From Christensenellales bacterium (GTDB lineage: Bacteria; Bacillota; Clostridia; Christensenellales; DTU072), in contig JBNRMV010000001.1 of NCBI GenBank assembly GCA_050309775.1, positions 95,014-159,013 of the forward strand: a stretch of 64,000 nucleotides of DNA, written 5' to 3'. Made by a program: the position numbers and the translations under genes. The notes beneath the pieces were generated by a model that made no database searches, was not told the DNA's origin, and saw nothing but the letters and a program-made list of their open reading frames with translations. Within the stretch, counting starts at the first letter, position 1. Each line of letters begins with the position of its first letter. This document shows positions 58,490 through 64,000 of this stretch, one piece after another.

Positions 58490-59806
58490 ATGAACAATTT
58501 TTCTGTGGCTGAAGTCATAAAATTCGTTCGGGACAATGATGTCAAGTTTATTCGGCTGGCATTTTGCGACATTTTCGGAGAAATGAAGAATATCTCAATT
58601 ATGCCGTCAGAACTGCCAAAGGCGTTTGACACGGGCATTCCTTTTGACGCTTCGGCAATAAAAGGCTTTATGAATGTGGAGGAGTCGGATTTATTCCTTG
58701 TGCCTGACGCTTCAACAATGGCAATATTGCCATGGCGGCCGTCACAAGGCGGAGTTATCCGGTTTTTTTGCAACATACGCATGCCCGACGGCAGACCTTT
58801 CGAGGGTGACGGCAGAAATTTGCTGAAACAAGCCGTCAGCTATGCCGCCTCAAAAGACTATACTATTAAGGTAGGTACGGAGTGCGAGTTTTATTTGTTT
58901 GAGCTTGACGAACATGGCAGACCCACACGCAAGCCCCATGACGATTGCGGCTATTGCGATATTGCGCCTTTGGATAAGGGCGAAAATGTACGCAGAGAGA
59001 TTTGCCTGACATTGGAAGAAATGGGCATATATCCCGAGATGTCGCATCATGAACAAGGCAGGGGACAGCACGAAATTGTGTTCAAGTACAGCGAGGCTCT
59101 GAAAGCCGTCGACAATCTTGTCACCTTCAAATCTGTCGTCAAAGTCATTGCCGCCAGACACGGGCTGCATGCCAGCTTTATGCCAAAGCCGTTGATAGGC
59201 TCCAGCGGCAGCGGTCTGCACATCAATCTTTCGCTTTTCCGTGAGCATAAGAATGTGTTTGATATGAAAGGTTCGACAAAGGGCATCTCCGAAAGTTTTG
59301 TGGCCGGCATAATGGACTGCATTGAGGAAATAAGCGTTTTTACAAACCCGATAAAAAACTCCTATGCCAGACTTGGGGAATACGAGGCGCCGAGATATGT
59401 TTCATGGTCCTGCGGCAATCGTTCGCAATTGGTGCGCATACCTGCCGCAGAGGGCGACTTGCGCAGAATGGAGTTGCGCAGCCCAGACCCTGCATGTTCT
59501 TCTTATATTGCGTTGGCGCTGCTGATATATGCCGGCATTGAGGGTATTGACCGCAAGGCAGAGCTTGACCCCCCGATGAACATTAATCTTTTTGAGGGCG
59601 GCAAGGAAACAAAGAGCTTGCGAAAGTTGCCCAAGACGCTTGACGAAGCCATAAAGAAAGCCGCCTCCAGCCAATTTGTAAAGGCGCATCTGCCGGCATC
59701 AATGTTGTCAAAATATCTGAAATATAAAAAAGAGGAAAGCCAGAAGTTTACCGAAAGCATTGATGCGCAAGGCGCCGAAATGGACTATTATTTTAACAGA
59801 TTATAG
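58490..59806 (+). CDS. glnA: Glutamine synthetase type I
   Basis: FIRLAFCDIFG, GTECEFYLF, MSHHEQGRGQHEI and NRSQLVRIP motifs; 438 aa. Confidence 0.93.
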   Translation: MNNFSVAEVIKFVRDNDVKFIRLAFCDIFGEMKNISIMPSELPKAFDTGIPFDASAIKGFMNVEESDLFLVPDASTMAILPWRPSQGGVIRFFCNIRMPDGRPFEGDGRNLLKQAVSYAASKDYTIKVGTECEFYLFELDEHGRPTRKPHDDCGYCDIAPLDKGENVRREICLTLEEMGIYPEMSHHEQGRGQHEIVFKYSEALKAVDNLVTFKSVVKVIAARHGLHASFMPKPLIGSSGSGLHINLSLFREHKNVFDMKGSTKGISESFVAGIMDCIEEISVFTNPIKNSYARLGEYEAPRYVSWSCGNRSQLVRIPAAEGDLRRMELRSPDPACSSYIALALLIYAGIEGIDRKAELDPPMNINLFEGGKETKSLRKLPKTLDEAIKKAASSQFVKAHLPASMLSKYLKYKKEESQKFTESIDAQGAEMDYYFNRL

Positions 59807-59846
59807 CCGTTCTAAAGAAAAATACGGGAGGAGGTTGTCGGCTGAT

Positions 59847-60413
59847 ATGGACAGGGCTATGATAGTATCCGGCTCCGAAAAGAGTCTGGAAGAGCTATGC
59901 AGCATACTAAAAACCTGCGGAATAAACCAAATCAGCATAATAAATAACTGCGCCGAATCGCGCAGAAGTCTTGTCAGCGGCGAAAAAACCGTAATTATCA
60001 TCAATACTCCGCTCACAGATGAGTTCGGCACGGCTTTTGCGCTGCATGCCACGAGGACAAACGCCGGCATAATAATGCTGGTAAGGTCGGAACTTGCCGA
60101 AGATATTGCCTGCAAGGTAGAAAACGACGGAGTCATTGTCGTTGCAAAACCCCTGCAAAAGTCAGCGCTCTTTCAAGCCGTACGACTGGCAATCTCTATG
60201 AACAGAAGAATAATGGGCGTAAAGAACGAAAACTTGCAGTTGCAAAGAAAACTTGAAGAAATGAAAGTTATTGACCGCGCCAAATGTCTGCTCATTCAGT
60301 GCCTTTCCATGACAGAGCCTCAGGCGCATAGGTTCATAGAAAAACAAGCTATGGATATGCGTATCAGCAAAACAGCGGTGGCGGAAGGCATTTTGAAAAC
60401 CTACGAATCATAA
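59847..60413 (+). CDS. ANTAR-domain RNA-binding antiterminator with a pseudo-receiver N-domain
   Basis: The C-terminal ANTAR motif is VIDRAKCLLIQCLSMTEPQAHRFIEKQAMDMRISKTAVAEGIL. The N-domain is REC-like, but the phospho-acceptor position reads IIINTPL (Asn). ATG 59847 follows GGGAGGAGG. Confidence 0.85.
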   Translation: MDRAMIVSGSEKSLEELCSILKTCGINQISIINNCAESRRSLVSGEKTVIIINTPLTDEFGTAFALHATRTNAGIIMLVRSELAEDIACKVENDGVIVVAKPLQKSALFQAVRLAISMNRRIMGVKNENLQLQRKLEEMKVIDRAKCLLIQCLSMTEPQAHRFIEKQAMDMRISKTAVAEGILKTYES

Positions 60414-60445
60414 CCAATAACCGGATATGCATATTACCGCAACGC

Positions 60446-60480
60446 AAAAAACCGCCTTTTGTTCAGACCGAGCAAAAGGC
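60446..60480 (-). terminator. Intrinsic terminator of the minus-strand DUF4234 gene (may also stop the glnA-ANTAR transcript)
   Basis: GCCUUUUG-11 nt-CAAAAGGC stem, followed on the minus strand by GGUUUUUU. Confidence 0.65.
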
Positions 60481-60519
60481 TGATTGCGAACTGTGTTTTA
60501 GTCTTCTTTATTAGTAAAT

Positions 60520-60837
60520 TTAATCAGAAAGTTTGTTGGCTTGGTCCTGCATTAAAAACACATTCAGCCAACCCAATGAAAATAGGGAAAGCACGAGATA
60601 CAACACTGAGTTGTCAGAAGCGCCCAGCTTTGCCAATCTTTTGCCGGCGGCATACTGCCAATAAATATAATAAATTCCGAATGTAAATAGTGTCGCCAAC
60701 AAATGCCCAAAGCCCCCAAAACCCTCGTTGGTTTTTTGTTTCAGTTGTGACTGAAAATCAATATACCAATAAATCATATAAATGCCCAAAGTAATGAGAG
60801 CAAGAATTATCATTGTTCCTAAAGAACGCTTTTTCAT
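60520..60837 (-). CDS. Small DUF4234-like membrane protein
   Basis: Two TM segments with GIY..YW repeats (LGIYMIYWY, FGIYYIYWQ). ATG 60837 follows a GGAGG RBS, and the track TTG start overlaps that RBS. Confidence 0.65.
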   Translation of the reverse strand: MKKRSLGTMIILALITLGIYMIYWYIDFQSQLKQKTNEGFGGFGHLLATLFTFGIYYIYWQYAAGKRLAKLGASDNSVLYLVLSLFSLGWLNVFLMQDQANKLSD

Positions 60838-60878
60838 AAAATCCTCCAATATTGTAGTGTAGTTTTGAATGCTTGGGG

Positions 60879-61271
60879 TTATGGCGCCAGTCGATGTACC
60901 CGCGTCGGCTTTTCGTGTTCGTCAAGGGCAACCATAATGAAGTTTGCGCGGTTTATGGTGGTTCTTTCACCGGTCAGTTTTTCGACATAGGCTTTTACTT
61001 GAACAGTCATCGAAGTGTTGCCTACCGCCAGCATTTTTCCGACAATGATTACGGTATCATTGAGCTTGGCAGGGGCAGCAAAGTCCATTTTTTCTATGGA
61101 AACCGTCGTAACCTCCCGTTCAGAATGGCGGCGCGCAACTACGGCGGCGACAATATCCATCCATTCCACCAGCTTGCCGCCAAAAAGTCTGCCCACACCA
61201 TTAATATATTCTGAAAATACTATTTGTGTATGCTCAGTTATGGAACATTCGACGCTTTTTATTTTTTCCAT
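60879..61271 (-). CDS. Hotdog-fold acyl-CoA thioesterase (YciA/BFIT-like)
   Basis: GRLFGGKLVEWMD...TVSIEKMDF..P...GD pattern; 130 aa. RBS is GGAGG. Confidence 0.8.
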   Translation of the reverse strand: MEKIKSVECSITEHTQIVFSEYINGVGRLFGGKLVEWMDIVAAVVARRHSEREVTTVSIEKMDFAAPAKLNDTVIIVGKMLAVGNTSMTVQVKAYVEKLTGERTTINRANFIMVALDEHEKPTRVHRLAP

Positions 61272-61316
61272 GTGTTGCCTCCGTTGTTATAGCATTTGTA
61301 ATTATGGTTTTTGTTA

Positions 61317-62084
61317 TTATATGTCGCTTGCTTCGGGCGCACAGTGCAGGTGAAGGGAGGACAGCACGCGGTATGCTTCGGCATAACGGCAAAAACGGCG
61401 CAGTCCATGACGAATAGCTGTTATTTTCATATAAAGCATCATCAAGCGTGTTTCTTCACTTTCAGGGAATTGACTCTCGTGCAACTTCAGACTGTCCATT
61501 TTGTCGGCAAAAGTGTCTGATACATTTATGAAAGTGTTTGGTCTGTCGGTATAATAAAAAGCTACGCCTTTCGGGGCGGCGGCTTGTTCGACACCCAAGT
61601 CTTTAAGCATAAGCGGCATCATGCATACCAGCATGGCTATTTCTGCGGCTCTGCCCGTCTTGATGTGGTCGGGGTGGGTTTCTGCTTTCATATGGTTGTC
61701 GGGAGCAAAGACAATGTCAGGCTTAAAATCCGCAAGCTCTATGGCAATTTTGCTTTTCAAATCCTCCACTGAATAATCTCCGCCGTCGGGAAAATCAAGA
61801 AAACGCACATCTGTGACACCCAGCCTCTTTGCGGAGGCTAGCGCCTCTTTTCTGCGGGTGGCGACCAACTCTTTTTTATCGGTGTTCTTGTCAAAGCTGC
61901 CGTATTGTCCATCGGTGGCAATAATGAAACAAATGCGCTTTGACATTTTTGCCAGCTTTGCTACGGTAGCGCCGCAACCGACTTCTATGTCGTCAGGGTG
62001 AGGACCGATGAAAGCAAAGGATTGCTGTTTTAACAGTTTTGGAATGGGAACGACCTTTTTTATTAAGAATCTATATAAGCTCAT
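61317..62084 (-). CDS. PIG-L/LmbE-family deacetylase
   Basis: IGPHPDDIEVGCGATV and HPDH motifs. ATG 62084 follows a GGAGG RBS. Confidence 0.8.
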   Translation of the reverse strand: MSLYRFLIKKVVPIPKLLKQQSFAFIGPHPDDIEVGCGATVAKLAKMSKRICFIIATDGQYGSFDKNTDKKELVATRRKEALASAKRLGVTDVRFLDFPDGGDYSVEDLKSKIAIELADFKPDIVFAPDNHMKAETHPDHIKTGRAAEIAMLVCMMPLMLKDLGVEQAAAPKGVAFYYTDRPNTFINVSDTFADKMDSLKLHESQFPESEETRLMMLYMKITAIRHGLRRFCRYAEAYRVLSSLHLHCAPEASDI

Positions 62085-62159
62085 ATGCGCCTCCAAACAT
62101 AATGTTACAAATTATATTATACAGCAAATACCATTCTATGACAACGGGGAAAGTCATAC

Positions 62160-62188
62160 TTGCACACTAAAACAAAATATGTTATTAT
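62160..62188 (+). promoter_or_regulatory. Candidate promoter of the lipoprotein leader
   Basis: TTGCAC, a 17-nt spacer, then TATTAT (62183-62188). Confidence 0.45.
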
Positions 62189-62212
62189 ATGTGCATATCC
62201 GATTCTATTTTC

Positions 62213-62290
62213 CTAAGGCAGTGGCTACGGAACTTAGAACGATAGGGCAAGGGCAGAAATGCCTTTACCTTCCGGTGCGAAAAGGGTATG
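62213..62290 (+). promoter_or_regulatory. Structured leader (riboswitch-like, unclassified) with an antiterminator segment
   Basis: Three hairpins: CUAAG/CUUAG (62213-62237), AAGGGCA-GAAA-UGCCUUU (62249-62266) and ACCUU/AAGGGU (62267-62287). GGUGCGAAAAGGG (62275-62286) can instead pair with the left arm of the terminator. Confidence 0.5.
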
Positions 62291-62322
62291 CTCTCTTTTC
62301 GTGCGGAAAAGAGAGTTTTTTT
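62291..62322 (+). terminator. Leader terminator directly upstream of the lipoprotein RBS
   Basis: Perfect 10-bp stem CUCUCUUUUC-gugcg-GAAAAGAGAG followed by U7. The upstream gene is on the other strand. Confidence 0.8.
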
Positions 62323-62337
62323 ATTTTTGGAGGACAT

Positions 62338-63600
62338 ATGAAAAGAAAACTGCTTGTTGTGTTTGTTATTATGCTTATTGCCGCGCTTTGCTTATCGGCA
62401 TTTGCTTGCAAAGCGCCTACCGATGACAATGCTGGAGGCAACCCGAGCAATGAAGAAGACAATGAGCCGTCGACTGAAAACGATGACGATTATGTGCTGG
62501 AAATAGAGGGCATAGGCGCCGAAATAATAAGCGTCACTAAGGCGCAAATAAAAGCTTTGGCGCAGACAAAACTTGTAGAGTACACAAAAGAAGAGCCTTG
62601 TTATACCTCTGACAAGACCGACGAAGACAACAACCCTATACCGCATTGGTTGAAAGGAGTATACCTTGACGACATTCTTGCCGAATATGCCGACGGCGCG
62701 GTTTCGGGATATTATTCGTCAATGGTACTGAAAGCCGAAGACGGCTATGAAAATCAGCTGACGCAGGATACTTTCAGCGTAGAACATGGCGGCAGCAAAA
62801 TGATAATCGCCTATGAATATGACGGGCATGAACTGAAACCCGGAGAGGAAAGCGGCGCGCTCCGCGCAGTTTTTCCCGACCAAGTAGCAAACAGTTGGGC
62901 AAAAAAGCTGAAGAAAATCATATTTACCGACGCGCAGTTGTTACCTCCGGCGCCGACTTCACTCAATTTTGTTGAGATGCTGGGCGAGGACTTTGACGGC
63001 AGTTTCCAAAAAGATGTCACAACGGGAGCAGGCACAAGCGCTTATACTTTTTATGGCGTAAGCCTTGCCGCGCTTTTTGAGGCAGGCATACTTGCGGCAG
63101 AGGAAAGCGACAAAATGTACCTGAATGCGTGGGACTATATCACAGACGGCACAAGTTCATTTTATAGGGAATATACGAACTGGAAGAGCTATGAATACTA
63201 TTCAAATGCCTATCTTGTGTACCAGTATAAAGTTGGTGACGGCGAAATACAGCAGGAAAGCACAGCGCCCAATTTGGACGGCGAAAACATATTGAAAGGC
63301 ATGACCGTAAAAAATATGCTTTCATTGTCGGTTAAAAACACCGCATTGGTATGTCTTGATATGGCATACGAAAGATTTGATACCGACAATGACGATACCA
63401 TAATGCTGTCAGATGTATTGGGGCTTGTCAATATGATGAATGATAAGAAAACATATACCATAACGACTGCTTCAGGTGCTCAGGTGCAAGTTTCAGGCGA
63501 TACGCTGTCCTCGGCAACTCTTTCAAAAACCCAAAGCGGTTACACGCTGAATTATGGAGCGGAAAGTGTGGCAATAAAATCAATTTCAATAAACAAATAA
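62338..63600 (+). CDS. Lipoprotein with a sulfite-oxidase/MsrP-like (Oxidored_molyb-type) fold segment, function unknown
   Basis: Lipobox LSAFAC, an acidic linker, then GVYLDDIL...AEDGYE...IIAYEYDGHEL...GALRAVFPDQ...KKLKKIIF. ATG 62338 follows a GGAGG RBS. Confidence 0.65.
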   Translation: MKRKLLVVFVIMLIAALCLSAFACKAPTDDNAGGNPSNEEDNEPSTENDDDYVLEIEGIGAEIISVTKAQIKALAQTKLVEYTKEEPCYTSDKTDEDNNPIPHWLKGVYLDDILAEYADGAVSGYYSSMVLKAEDGYENQLTQDTFSVEHGGSKMIIAYEYDGHELKPGEESGALRAVFPDQVANSWAKKLKKIIFTDAQLLPPAPTSLNFVEMLGEDFDGSFQKDVTTGAGTSAYTFYGVSLAALFEAGILAAEESDKMYLNAWDYITDGTSSFYREYTNWKSYEYYSNAYLVYQYKVGDGEIQQESTAPNLDGENILKGMTVKNMLSLSVKNTALVCLDMAYERFDTDNDDTIMLSDVLGLVNMMNDKKTYTITTASGAQVQVSGDTLSSATLSKTQSGYTLNYGAESVAIKSISINK

Positions 63601-63617
63601 ATATAAGGAGAACCATT

Positions 63618-64000
63618 ATGAAAAAATTCCTATCCGTAAAAACTATTGCAGTATTTTTGATACTTGCGCTGTCAGTTGTGGCGTTTGTTGCTTGCGTAAA
63701 GCCCACACCCGAGGACAACAACGAAGACGACAAAACGCCGGCTTACGCCATTCCCGAATTTGAATTGAAAATCAAAGACGGAGAAAGCGAATATACCGTG
63801 ACCAAGAGCGATGTTTCCTCCCTAAGCTTTGCCTCCGCCAGCCGTACAAGCAAGGGTGTCACAACTTATTATAAAGGCTTTTTGCTTAGCGATATTTTGG
63901 AATTAAAGAATATTGCCATAGAAGGCATAACAAGCGTAACCATTGACGACGGAGATTATGACAGCGATTTGGAGGCGGCGAACATATCCTCTTGTGTGCT
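63618..64000 (+). CDS. Second, paralogous lipoprotein (5' part; runs off the right edge)
   Basis: AAGGAG RBS, signal peptide with lipobox FVAC, an acidic linker, then the related segment YKGFLLSDILE. The frame is open to the window end. Confidence 0.55.
   Translation, partial: MKKFLSVKTIAVFLILALSVVAFVACVKPTPEDNNEDDKTPAYAIPEFELKIKDGESEYTVTKSDVSSLSFASASRTSKGVTTYYKGFLLSDILELKNIAIEGITSVTIDDGDYDSDLEAANISSCV

Noticed and set aside
62213-62290. Assigning the lipoprotein leader to a known riboswitch class. Cues were cobalamin (CAGUGGC resembles an inverted B12 box), c-di-GMP-I (GGGCAA plus a GAAA-capped helix) and Moco (downstream gene fold).
   Set aside because: The B12-box-like string is in the wrong orientation. 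The ACGCAAAGC element of GEMM-I and the CCUCCGAG core of Moco are absent. I left it unclassified.
62008-62337. 110-codon upstream extension of the lipoprotein ORF.
   Set aside because: It spans the opposite-strand PIG-L start, the promoter and the leader terminator. The signal peptide with lipobox begins at ATG 62338, behind GGAGG.
1-64000. Search by eye for tRNA (GGTTCGAATCC-like T-arms), rRNA, CRISPR repeats, transposase/integrase/recombinase genes, phage genes and toxin-antitoxin pairs.
   Set aside because: None were recognised. All ORFs above about 100 aa with coding-like sequence are accounted for by the listed genes. A tRNAscan or Rfam run would be needed to exclude small RNAs formally.

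Overview
The window looks like a contiguous chromosomal segment of a Firmicutes/Clostridia-like bacterium. This is judged from gene content (type III plus type I glutamine synthetase, archaeal-style split glutamate synthase, ANTAR regulator, QueH, LemA/DUF2207) and from strong AGGAGG-type ribosome-binding sites.

It is mostly housekeeping. In order:
- ispDF and an S4-domain gene.
- A tightly packed rpoB-rpoC-metK-recD2-comF string.
- A P-type ATPase.
- L7Ae-rpsL-rpsG-fusA-tuf.
- argC-argB-GNAT and queH.
- An ABC-exporter operon carrying a large Big_2 surface protein.
- mtnN, a CapD-like dehydratase, glmM and a degenerate glmU-like gene.
- A seven-gene glycoside locus: RpiB-like, Fe-ADH, ROK, GPH symporter, FucI/AraA-like isomerase, YihQ-like GH31, esterase.
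- LemA/DUF2207, a C69 peptidase, a CDGSH protein, uxuA and an EEP nuclease.
- A nitrogen-assimilation island: glnN, three-gene split GOGAT, glnA, ANTAR regulator.
- A thioesterase, a PIG-L deacetylase and two paralogous lipoproteins behind a riboswitch-like leader.

I found no rRNA, tRNA, CRISPR array, transposase or integrase by eye.

The most interesting candidates:
1. The GH31 locus. Its glycosidase keeps YihQ-like catalytic spacing but lacks the sulfonate-binding Arg and Tyr.
2. Paired leader attenuators upstream of glnN and the GOGAT operon. They share a hexaloop hairpin motif and are plausibly read by the adjacent pseudo-receiver ANTAR protein.
3. An unclassified terminator/antiterminator leader upstream of the lipoprotein pair.

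All calls come from manual motif recognition. No database search was run.
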